Made by a program: the position numbers and the translations under genes
Source: Anaeramoeba ignava BMAN
Taxonomy: Eukaryota; Protista; Anaeramoebae
Assembly: GCA_028826165.1 (NCBI GenBank)
Contig: JAPDFW010000065.1
Span: 124,001 to 188,000 of the forward strand
Length of the DNA: 64,000 nt
Direction of reading: 5' to 3'
Part shown: positions 38,376-49,795 of the stretch, one piece after another
How positions within the stretch are numbered: position 1 is the first letter of the stretch
Layout: each line of letters starts with the position of its first letter
Notes under the pieces: model-generated
What the model was told of the DNA's origin: nothing
Databases searched by the model: none
Seen by the model: only the letters and a program-made list of their open reading frames with translations

Positions 38376-39080
38376 ATGTTGATTGTTATTCGAAGTTTAT
38401 CTGGTCGAACAATAACAGTTGAAGTTGAATCAAATGATACAATTAAGCAAGTAAAAGAAAAAATTGGAGAAAAACAAGATTGGGATCCAGATTGTTTAAT
38501 ATTAGTTTTTGCAGGAAAAATTTTAGAGAATGAAAAAACTCCTTATGATTATAATATCACAAAAAATTCTACTATTCATGTTATTCAATTTCCTGATAAA
38601 GTTGTTTATATTAATATTTTTCATCCAATTAGAAAAATTTTTCCTTTTTACCAAACAAACTTGGGTCCAGATTCACAAATTCCAGTTTTTGAAAATACAC
38701 TTCAAGATATTTTAACAAAAATATCAACAATGAAATATGAAATTGAAGGAACAAGTTTAATTTATGAAGGAAAAAGACTTGAATATAATAAAAAATTATC
38801 TTATTATCAAAAATCAAATGAAAATCCTTCACTTAATATTTTTACATTAATTAAAGTTAATATTAAAAAATTAAATGAAGAAAATAAATATTATTATGTT
38901 TCTCCTAATGAATCAATTCAAGATTTAAAAATTCAAATTGAAAAAGTTGAAAATATTCCAAATCAAAATCAAATATTATTATTTAATAATGAAATTTTAG
39001 AAAATGAAAAACAATTTAATCATTTTATTCAAAAAAAAGAAGATTATGGGAAAATTATTAATTTATTTCTTAAATTTTAA
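38376..39080 (+). CDS. Tri-ubiquitin-like protein, copy 4
   Basis: 234 aa, divergent N-terminal half, conserved C-terminal half. Confidence 0.9.
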   Translation: MLIVIRSLSGRTITVEVESNDTIKQVKEKIGEKQDWDPDCLILVFAGKILENEKTPYDYNITKNSTIHVIQFPDKVVYINIFHPIRKIFPFYQTNLGPDSQIPVFENTLQDILTKISTMKYEIEGTSLIYEGKRLEYNKKLSYYQKSNENPSLNIFTLIKVNIKKLNEENKYYYVSPNESIQDLKIQIEKVENIPNQNQILLFNNEILENEKQFNHFIQKKEDYGKIINLFLKF

Positions 39081-39192
39081 TTTCTAATTTTCTTTTCCAA
39101 AAATTCAAAAATTAAATTTTTCATTTTTTTATTTTCATTTTTATTTTTATTTTTTAAATTAAATTGAATTAAATTGAATTAAATTTATTAAA

Positions 39193-39897
39193 ATGTTGAT
39201 TTATATTCGAAGTTTATCTGGTCGAACAATAACACTTGAAGTTGAATCAAATGAAATGATTAAAGAAATTAAAGAAAAAGTTGGAGAAAAACAAGATTGG
39301 GATTCAGATTGTTTATTATTAGTTTTTGCAGGAAAAATTTTAGAGAATGAAAAAAACCTTAATGATTATGGAATTCAAAAAGAATCTACTTTTTATTTTA
39401 TTCAATTTATTGATAAAGTTATTTATATTAATATTTTTCATCCAATTAGAAAAGTTTTACCACTTGTTCGAAATACTTCAAATTCAAATATGCAAATTCC
39501 AGTTTTTGAAAATACACTTCAAGATATTTTAACAAAAATATCAACAATGAAATATGAAATTGAAGGAACAAGTTTAATTTATGAAGGAAAAAGACTTGAA
39601 TATAATAAAAAATTATCTTATTATCAAAAATCAAATGAAAATCCTTCACTTAATATTTTTACATTAATTAAAGTTAATATTAAAAAATTAAACCAAGAAA
39701 ATAAATATTATTATGTTTCTCCTGATGAATCAATTCAAGATTTAAAAATTCAAATTGAAAAAGTTGAAAATATTTCAAATCAAAATCAAATTTTATTATT
39801 TAATAATGAAATTTTAGAAAATGAAAAACAATTTAACCATTTTATTCAAACAAAAGAAGATTATGGAAAAATTATTAATTTATTTCTTAAATTTTAA
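39193..39897 (+). CDS. Tri-ubiquitin-like protein, copy 5
   Basis: 234 aa. DYGIQKEST is the most ubiquitin-like version of this segment. Confidence 0.9.
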   Translation: MLIYIRSLSGRTITLEVESNEMIKEIKEKVGEKQDWDSDCLLLVFAGKILENEKNLNDYGIQKESTFYFIQFIDKVIYINIFHPIRKVLPLVRNTSNSNMQIPVFENTLQDILTKISTMKYEIEGTSLIYEGKRLEYNKKLSYYQKSNENPSLNIFTLIKVNIKKLNQENKYYYVSPDESIQDLKIQIEKVENISNQNQILLFNNEILENEKQFNHFIQTKEDYGKIINLFLKF

Positions 39898-40105
39898 TTT
39901 CTAATTTTCTTTTCCAAAAATTCAAAAATTAAAAAAAGGAATTTGATCAATTTCAGAAAAAAAATTTTTTTTTAATTTTAATTAAAATTGATTTGAAATT
40001 AACTTTTTCAACATTTTTGATGCAAAAATAATTGGATAAGTTTAATCCAAATCAAAAAGAAGAAAAAAAAAAAGAAAATAGAAAAAAAGAAAAAATTGAT
40101 GAAAA

Positions 40106-42939
40106 TTAGCAGCAAGAACTTTTGTTTGGTTTTGTTGGAGGATTGATATCTATATCTTTATCTTTATCCAATTTACATCTAAAAAAAAAATAATCAAAAT
40201 TTTTCAATTAAAATTTTTATTTTGTTTTGTAAAAAAATTAATTTACTTTTCAAAAGCAGATTCAGCTAAAGAAAGAAATGTTTCTGAAACAAAAGAAAAC
40301 TTTGAGAAAAACAAAATTGGGATTCTATTAAAATTCAATTTAATTTTTATTTTAATTTTGATTTTTTGGGAAAAATTTTGAGAGAATGAAAATTTTAATT
40401 TAATGAATAATTTTATTTTTGATTTTGAATGCAATTTTCAATTTAATTTCAATTTCCTGATAAAGTTTTAATTTTAATTTTATTTTTTTAATCCAATTAG
40501 AAAAATTTTAATTTTTATTCGAAATAATTCCAAACAAAATTCACATTTTTCATTTTTTTTAATTTTACATTTTTCATTTTATTTTTAACAAAAATATCAA
40601 ATTTAAAAATTTGAAATTGAAGGAACAAGTTTAATTTTGAAGGAAAAAAATTTTAATTTTAATTTTAATTTTTATTAAAAATCAAATTTGAAAATTTCAA
40701 TTTGATATTTTAATTTTTAATTAAAGTTAATATTAAAAATTAAACCAAGAATTTTAAATTTTATTATTAATTTTAATTTTAATTTTGAATTCAATTTTAA
40801 TTTTTTAAAAATTTCAAATTGAAATTTTTGAAAATTTCCAATTTCATTTTCAAATAATTTTAATTTTAATTTTAATTTGAAATTTTAATTTGAAATTTTA
40901 ATTTTAATTTTAATTTTTATTTCAATTTTTTAATTTTAATTTTAATTTTAATTTATAAATTTTAATTTATAATTTTCTTCCAAAAATTCAAAAATGAATT
41001 TTTAAAATTTTAATTTTAATTTTCAATTTTATTTTTAATTTTAATTTAAAATTTTAATTTTAATTTTAATTTTAATTTTTTCAATTTTCATTTTTTATAA
41101 TTTTCATTTTAAAAATAATTTTTAATTTTAATTTTAATCCAAATCAAATTTTCAAAAAGAAAAATTATTTTCTTTTAAAATAGAAAAAGAAAAATTGATG
41201 AAAATTAGCAGCAAGAACTTTTTTCATTTATCCAATATTCAACTTGTTCAAAAAGATTCGATTTTAATATCTTTACTTAAAACAGCATTTGCATCTAAAA
41301 ATAATAATTGAAAATCTTTTTTCACCTAAAAATTTTTATGAAAATTTTGTTTAAAAGCAAAAATTTTTAATTATTTTTCTTTTCAATTTTCGTTTAAAGA
41401 AAGAAATATTTTTGAAACATTTTCACCAGTTTTAGCGGAAATTTTTATATAAAACTTCATTTGTTTTTTAATTGATAATTTTTAAATTTAATTTTTAATT
41501 TTAATTTTTAATTTTCTTTTTTAATTTTGATTTTAATTTTAATTTTAATTTTAATTTTAATTTTAATTTTAATTTTAATTTTTGATTTGAATTTTAATTT
41601 TTTTAATTTTGATTTTAATTTTAATTTTTGATTTTAATTTTTAATTTTATATTTTAATTTTAAATTTCTTTTTAATTTTTAATTTTCATTTTAAATTTAT
41701 AAATTTTTATTTTAATTTTTATTTTTTTTTTTAATTTTTAATTTTAATTTTCATTTTAATTTTCTTTATAATTTTAATTTTAATTTTCATTTTAAATCCA
41801 AATTCAAATTCTATTCCAAAATTAAAATACTTGTCCTTCTTGAAGAGTAACTTTTCTTGATAATTGAAGATCCAATTTGTTTCCAACTAAAGTAACTGAA
41901 ACATTTTTTGGAGCATTTTTTGAAATATCATTTATCCAATATTCAACTTGTTCAAAAGATTCTCGATTTGTAATATCATAAACAACTAAAACAGCATTTG
42001 CATCACGATAATAAGCACTTGTAATTGATCTAAATCTTTCTTGACCTTGAAAATTTATTATGAAAAATTTTTATTTAAAGCAAAAATTTTTTTTTAGTTA
42101 TTTTTTTTTCTTTTCAATTTTCGTTTAAATTATTAGAGATTTAGAATATAAACCTGTTGTATCCACTAAATTTATATTTAAAATTTTAGATTAATTTTTT
42201 ATATAAATATTTTTATCAATTTTTATAATTTTAATTGATAATTTTATAAATTTAATTGATAATTTCTTTTATAAATTTAATTTTATAATTTTTTTGATAA
42301 TTTATTTTATAAGTTTCATTGATAATTTCTTTTTATAAATTTATTTTATAAATTTAATTGATAATTTAATTGATAATTTCTTTTATAAATTTAATTGATA
42401 ATTTATTTTGTAAATTTAATTTTGTTAATTTCTTTAAATAAATTTAATTCTCAATTTTGTAATTTAATAAATTTCTTTTATAAATTTCTTTTTATAATTT
42501 CTCTTATGAATTTAATTGATAATTTTAATAGATTTAATTGTAAATTTCTTTTATAAATTTCTTTTATAAATTTCTTTTATAAATTTCTTTTATAATTTTA
42601 TAGATTTAATTTATAAATTTCTTTTATAGATTTAATTGATAATTTCTTTCTTTTTCTCTCTAATTTAAATTCAGTATTTACAATTTGTAATTTAACATGC
42701 TGATTTTTAATTGTAATAGTAGAATATCTAAAATCAACTCCAGTTGTAGATATTGTATTTGGTGCAAATTTATCTTCACAAAAACGTTGAAGCAAACAAC
42801 TCTAATAAAAAATAAATAACGGAAAAAAAATTTTAAAAAAAAGAAAAAAAAAAAAGAAAAAAAAAGCGAAAAAAGTTTTTTTTACTTTTCCAACTTGTGT
42901 ATTTCCTAAAAGTATAAGTTTTAGCGTAAGAGAAGTCAT
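40106..42939 (-). CDS. Rab-family GTPase, multi-exon; 3' exons lie in a garbled region
   Basis: [22 protein letters not shown], (W)[44 protein letters not shown]; C-terminus NKSSCC*. Confidence 0.85.
40240..41470. other. Chimeric/decayed segment: ghost sixth UBL unit overlaid with duplicated Rab exon fragments
   Basis: Collinear UBL fragments (ATCCAATTAGAAAA ~40491, GAAATTGAAGGAACAAGTTTAATTT ~40613, TTAAAGTTAATATTAAAAA ~40720) plus second copies of Rab sequence at 41190-41300. Confidence 0.7.
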
Positions 42940-43057
42940 AAAAAGAAAAATAAATGTAAATTTATAAAGAAAAGAACCAACAAAATAAAAAAAAATGGAA
43001 AAATAAAAATGAAAAAACTTTTATTCATTTTTTTTTATTCTTTTTTTTAAAAATCAA

Positions 43058-44657
43058 ATGCAAAAAGATTCAAATCAAAATGATGATCAAAAAGAAACAC
43101 CAAAACAACAAGAACATCAACAGAAAACTTTATATATAAGGAATATAAATGAAAAAATAAAGCTTAGAGGTTAATAAATAAATTCATAAAACAGAAAAAA
43201 AAACAAACGAAAAATTGAAAAACAAAATTTTAAAAATATCAACATTATAGATTTAAAAAAACAACTTGAGACATTGTTTTCGAAATATGGAACAATATTA
43301 AAAATCATTGCCTACCGTTCATTGAGAATGAAAGGTCAGGCTTTTGTTATTTTTGAGGATATTAATTCAGCAATAAGTGCAAAAGAGAAACTTCAAGGTT
43401 ATAATTTACAAGGAAAATCAATTGTAAATCAACATTAAAATTTGCACTATTAATTTCAAATGAAAAAATAGCTCCTTTTTTTATTTATAAATTAATCCAA
43501 ATTTTTTATTTTTATCGAAAAAATTTATTTTGGAAAAAAAAAATCATTTTCAAAGCAAATTCAATTTTCTCGTTCAAAATCTGATATAATAGCAGAGAAA
43601 GAAGGAAATTTAGCTGAACATTTAGAAAGAAGAAAAAGAAAGAAAGAAGGTTTTACTATCCAAAGGAGATTAAAATAGAAAAATTCATTTAAAAAAATTT
43701 AAAATTCAATTTAAAATTTAATTTAATTTAAAAAAAAATTTAGAAAGAAAAAGAAAAGAACAAGCAAAAAAAAGAGAAAAACAAACAGAAAAAGTTGCAA
43801 AACCAAGAATAATACAAACATCTAGAATGCCAACTCAAACAACACAAGTTCAACAACCAAATAGGATTTTATATCTTGAAAATCTTCCTAAACAAATGAC
43901 AGTTAAAATGCTTGATCTTCTTTTTCAACGGTATCAATATAAATCTAAATATAAATATAAATATAAATATAAATATAAATATAAATATAATAAATATAAA
44001 TATAAATATAAATATAAATATAAATATAAATATAAATATAAATATAAATATAAATATAAATATAAATATAAATATAAATATAAATATAAATATAAATATA
44101 AATATAAATATAAATATAAATATAAAAAATATAAATATAAATATAAATATAAATATAAAATATAAATATAAATATAAATATAAAAATATAAATATAAAAT
44201 ATAAATATAAAATAAATATAAATATAACATAAATATAAATATAAATATAAATATAAATATAAATTATAAATATAAATATAAATATAAATATAAACATAAA
44301 TATAAATATAAATATAAATATAAATATAAATATAAATATAAATATAATTATAAATATAAATATAAATATAAATATAAATATAAATATAAATATAAATATA
44401 AATATAAATATAAATATAAATATAAATATAAATATAAATATAAATCTAAATTTATTTTTTTGTTCCTCTTTTTTTTAATTTTTGTTCCTCTTTTTTTATT
44501 TAGTTTTCCTGGTTATGTTTCAAGTCAATTAGTTCCTGGTAATAGAGCTTTCGTTGAATTTCAACATGAAATTGGTTCTATTGAAGCACGAAATAATTTA
44601 CAAGGTTATCAATTAAGTGAAGGTTATTTCTTGAATATTTCTTTTGCTAAAAAATAA
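43058..44657 (+). CDS. U1A/U2B'' snRNP protein (two RRMs), 5 exons
   Basis: [49 protein letters not shown]; [30 protein letters not shown]. Confidence 0.92.
43932..44450. repeat. Intronic (AAATAT)n microsatellite
   Basis: Fills the last U1A/U2B'' intron. Confidence 0.95.
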
Positions 44658-44715
44658 CGTTTTAATTCTTTTTTTTTTGCTTTTTTTTTTGATTTAAATT
44701 TAATCAATAAATTTT

Positions 44716-44772
44716 TTTCATTTTTTCATTTTTTCATTTTTCATTTTTCCATTTTTTCATTTTTTCATTTTT
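44716..44772 (+). promoter_or_regulatory. Example of the recurrent TTTCATTTTT initiator-like element (reiterated here)
   Basis: The same motif lies within ~100 nt upstream of nearly every ATG in the window, on the coding strand. Confidence 0.7.
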
Positions 44773-44789
44773 CTATTTTTCTATTCAAA

Positions 44790-45932
44790 ATGAGTGAAAT
44801 TTTAGTTTATAAAATGGTTCTTGTTGGTCATACTGGTGTTGGAAAAAGTTGTTTAACTTTTCGTTTTTGTCAAAATGAATTTGATTCAACTACTAAACCA
44901 ACACTTGGTTGTAAATTAACCATTCAAATATAAATATAAATATAAATATAAATATAAATATAAATATAAATATAAATATAAATATAAATATAAATATAAA
45001 TATAAATATAAATATAAATATAAATATAAATATAAATATAAATATAAATATAAATATAAATATAAATATAAATATAAAAATATAAATATAAATATAAATA
45101 TTTATAAATATAAATATAAATATAAATATAAATATAAATATAAATATAAATATAAATATAAATATAAAATATAAATATAAATATAAATATAAATATAAAT
45201 ATAAATATAAATATAAATATAAATATAAATATAAATATAAATATAAATATAAATATAAATATAAATATAAATATAAATATAAATATAAATATAAATATAA
45301 ATATAAATATAAATATAAATATAAATATAAATATAAATATAAATATAAATATAAATATAAATCTAAATATAAATACAAATATAAATCTAAATCTAAAATT
45401 AATATTAAAATTAAAATTAAAATTAATTGATAAAAAGCTTCTTACCTTTCAAAAGTTGTTGAAGTTAATGGAATGAAAGTAGATATTTATAATCAAAAAA
45501 CTTTTTTCAAAAACAAAATTATTAATTAATTATTTAATTAAAGATACAACTAAATATATGGGATACAGCAGGACAAGAAAGATATCTTTCAATTGCACCA
45601 ATGTTTTATCACAATTCATCTGCAGCAATAGTTACTTATGATATCACAAATTATGTAAAAAAAATAATTTTCCACTTCTTTTTTAATTGAAAAAAATTGC
45701 TTTTAAAAATTAAAGGAAAGTTTCCAAAAATCAAAACTTTGGGTTGATGAATTACTTGTTCATCGTCCTTCAAATATTGAAATTGCTTTTGTTGGAAATA
45801 AACTTGATTTAAGTGAGAAAAGAAGAGTTACTAAAGAAGAAGCTGAAGAATATGCAAAACAAAATGGTTTTCTTTTTTATGAAACATCTGCAAAAACAGG
45901 TGAAAATGTTGAAAAAGTTTTTTTGGATTTAG
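44790..45932 (+). CDS. Rab5/21/22-like GTPase; terminal exon not identifiable
   Basis: [69 protein letters not shown]; splice donor after VFLDL. Confidence 0.85.
44925..45395. repeat. Intronic (AAATAT)n microsatellite
   Basis: Fills the first intron of the Rab5-like gene. Confidence 0.95.
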
Positions 45933-46441
45933 GTAATTTTAAAATAATATTCAAATCAAATATTCAAAATCAAATATTAAAATCAAATATTTAAAATCAA
46001 TTATTCAAATAAAATATTTAAATAAAATATTTAAATCAATTATTTAAATCAAATATTCAAAAAATAAAATCAATCAAAATCAAAATCAAAAATTAAAATC
46101 AAAATATTTAAATTTAAATCAAATTAAAACCAACAAATATAAAATAAATATTTAAATAAAATATTCAAAATCAAATATTCAAAATCAAAAAATCAAAACA
46201 AATATTTAAATCAATCGAAAATTAAATCAAAAGAAAATCAAATTGAATCTTTTTTTTTATATTATTCAATTTCTTTTAAATTTATTTTCATTTATTAAAT
46301 AAGATTTTTATCAAAATTTGAAATAAAATTAATTTTTTTTAAAATTAGATTTGTTTCTTATTTATTGATTTAAAGAATTTAATTTGATTGAAAGTAAATT
46401 AAAATTGAATTAAATTTTGAAAAAAAAATGAAAAATATTTT

Positions 46442-48842
46442 TTAAATGAAATAAGTTTCAAGTTCATCAACAACCCATTTATCTAAAAGAACCAGCTAAA
46501 TAACTTTCAGCTTCTTTTGTTTTATTTTTCAATTCCATTCGGTAGATTATAACTATTACCAAAATTTGAATGACCTTTTTGTAAATTATCATTTAAATGA
46601 ATATCACCTATAAATATTTTAATAAAAATAAATAATTAATTTTAATAATAATTAATAATAATTTAATTTGAAATTTATTTTATTTTAAATTTAAATAATA
46701 ATATTATTTATTATATTAATATTTTGGATTATTTATTAATTTAATTTTAATTTTATAATTTATTAAATAATATTATTTAATTAATAATAATTTAATTTGA
46801 AATTTATTTTATTTTAAATTAAAATAATAAATATTTATTAAATATAATTTTTATTTTTAATTTAATTTTAATAAAGATTAAAATAAAATTTAATTTTAAT
46901 AAAAATAAATAATTAATTTAATTTAAAATTTATTTTATTTTAAATTAAAATAATAATAATATTATTTATTATATTAATATTTTGGATTATTTATTAATTT
47001 AATTTTAATTATAATAATAAATATTTATTAAATATAATTTATTTACTCTCTATTTTAATAAAGATAAATAATTAATTTTAATAATAATTAATAATAATTT
47101 AATTTAAAATTTATTTTATTTTAAATTTAAATAATAATATTATTTATTATATTAATATTTTAGATTATTTATTAATTTAATTTTAATTATAATAATAAAT
47201 ATTTATTAAATCAAAATTAATTATTTATATTTACTTCCTCCAAAAGTTGGACCATATCTTAAAGCATATTCAATTGCATATTGTTCTTCTCCTTTTTTAA
47301 TTGTAAATTTATCTGGTATTCTATCTCCTTTATCATTTCTTAATGAAAAAATAAATGCATTTGAATCAATAATATATCCATTTGGATTATCTTGATAACT
47401 TTCATTCCATTTTGATTTATCATTTGTCCATCCAACTTGAGTAAAACCTCCAAAAATAAAATTATCTTTTGTTTTGATAATAACTAATGTTTTTCCTTTA
47501 TCATCAACTGCTTTATGCCAATTTTGAGAATCAAATCCATCTCTTTTTGCTGAAAATCCTTTTTTCATTTTAGAAAAAAAATCATTATCATTTATCCATT
47601 CTTGTAATTTCTTAGCATATTCAATATCTTGAACAATTTCTGAATCTGAAAAAATCTTTTGTAATTCCATTAATTCAAATTTAGATTTGAGTTCTTCTTT
47701 TTGATTTTGATTTTCTTTGATTTCCATTTTGATTTTCATTTTGATTTTGATTTCCATTTTGATTTTCATTTTCTTTGATTTTTGATTTTCTTTTTCAATA
47801 TCTTTCTTGATAATTTAAGATTTTGAATTTCTTTTCTCCATTTTCATCTTTCTTTTTTTTTCCATTTCTCTTGGTTTTTCTTTTTCTTTATTTTTCTAAT
47901 TTTCTTTCTTCCATTTCTAATTCAAATGATTTCTCTTTTTTATCTTCAATTTCTTTTTCTTTGTTTTCAATTTTCTTTTTGATTATCTTGAATAACTTTG
48001 TTTTGAATATCAACTAAAAAGATTTAGGAAAAATCAAATTGTTTTAATTTATCAAAATCTTGTTTTGAAATTGAATCTTTATCAAATAATGAAAAAAAAG
48101 AATGAAATAATCTTTTCTTTGCAATTCCCTTTTCTTTTTCTTTTTCTTTCTTTCCTTTTAATCTTTGATTTCTTTTTTCAATCCAATTATTTAAAAATTG
48201 AAAAAAATCAAATTGAAAAATTTCTTTTTTTTCTTGTTTAAATTGAATAAATTTGATAATTTCTTCTTTAGTTAAATTGAATAAATTTTCATTATTCTGA
48301 ATTTGGGAAAAATTTTGATTTATTAATTCAAAACATTTTATTTCAATTTCATTTGAATTTAAATTTCGATTTTGGAATAAAAATTGGAAAAAATTTGAAT
48401 AATTAATTGAATTTGAAATTTTTTTTTGAATAATTTCTTTCAATAAATTTAATTTAAAATAAATTGAAATTTCCAATAATTGAATAAGATTTTCTTGATT
48501 CACAAAAGAAATATTTCCATAATAAATATAACTCAAAATTGATTCCATTTCTTTTTTATTAAATTGATTTAAAGAAATAGAATTAATATCGTTTTGTCCT
48601 TTTAAAAACTCATTAAAAAAAGGAGATCTTGAAGATAAAATTGATTTATGAACTTTAATTTCAAAAGGATTTGATTTATTCTCAACAAAAATTGAAAAAT
48701 CTTTAAATGAATTTCCATTTAAAATATTTGAATAATCTTTAATTAAATTTTTTGTTACTTTTTTTTCTAAATTTTTCATTTCATTTTCATTTTGATTTTG
48801 ATTTGCATTTTCAATTTGGTTATTATTATTGTTGTTATCCAT
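46442..48842 (-). pseudogene. BTB-coiled-coil-TLDc (copy C), frame-disrupted at ~47770-48030; pseudogene or consensus error
   Basis: The first ~270 aa are nearly identical to copy B. TLDc has the same intron position (46608-47234) and ends ELETYFI*. Several indels and stops occur in the coiled-coil linker. Confidence 0.75.
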
Positions 48843-48962
48843 TTTGTTTTTTGTTTTGTGTTTGTGTTTTGTTTTTTGTGTTTTTTGTTTTTGTTTTTAA
48901 AAAAGGAAAAAAATGAATTTTTAATTTTTCATTTTTTTTCTTTTTTTTTTTTTTTTAAAAAC

Positions 48963-49521
48963 ATGACAAACAGATTTTCTTTTGATTCTATTGAATTAAA
49001 TCCATTAAATCCAGAAAGACAAGAATTATTTCAAGGAAGAACAATAAACAAAAACAAAAATCAAGAAGAAACAATTAATTCTAAATCAAAAAATGAAAAT
49101 TATGAAGATGAATATGATCATCTTTTTAAACGAAAACGAAAGAAAAATAGATCAAATTTCAGATAAAGTTTCTTCTTTAAAAAATGTAGATAAAAAGAAT
49201 TAATTAAAAATTAAAAAAAAATGAATTAAAAAACGTTTTTTTTTTGTTTTTGAAAAATTTAAATTATTTTTTTAATTATTTAAAAAAAAGGTTAGTTCAA
49301 ATTTAAAAACACAATTTAATAATCAAAATATTGTTCTTGACGATTTAGAAGAAAATTTTGAAGGAGCTGATGAAAAATTAGATGCAAATGTTACAAAATT
49401 AGAATCTGTTGCTGAGATTTCTTCTTGTAGATTGATGTTTTATGTTGCTTGTTTTATTTTTGCAGTTTTTCTTGTTATTTATTTTTTGATTGATTGGACA
49501 ACAAAACCAAATCAAAATTGA
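48963..49521 (+). CDS. BET1: Bet1-like Qc-SNARE, 2 exons, one apparent +1 homopolymer frameshift near 49125
   Basis: NENERKIDQISDKVSSLKN-VSSNLKTQFNNQNIVLDDLEENFEGADEKLDANVTKL followed by TM LMFYVACFIFAVFLVIYFLI. Confidence 0.75.
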
Positions 49522-49795
49522 AAAAGATTTCGAAATAAAATTATTTTAATTTTAATTTTAATTTGAATTTTTAATTTTTAATTGAATTTGAATTTTAATT
49601 GAATTTTAATTTTAATTGAATTTGAATTTGAATTTTTAATTTTTAATTTGAATTTGAATTTGAATTTTAATTTTAATTTTAATTTGAATTTTTAATTTCT
49701 TAATGAAGAAGCAAAAAAAAAAAAAAAAAAAAAGTGGATCAAAAAAAAAAATGGATTAAAAAAAAATTTTTCAAAAAAAAAAAGAGAAGAAATTC

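Noticed and set aside
35871-39897. Polyubiquitin, NEDD8, SUMO or ISG15-type conjugatable modifier
   Set aside because: These are separate genes rather than one polyprotein, there is no di-glycine anywhere, and UBL2 and UBL3 are highly diverged.
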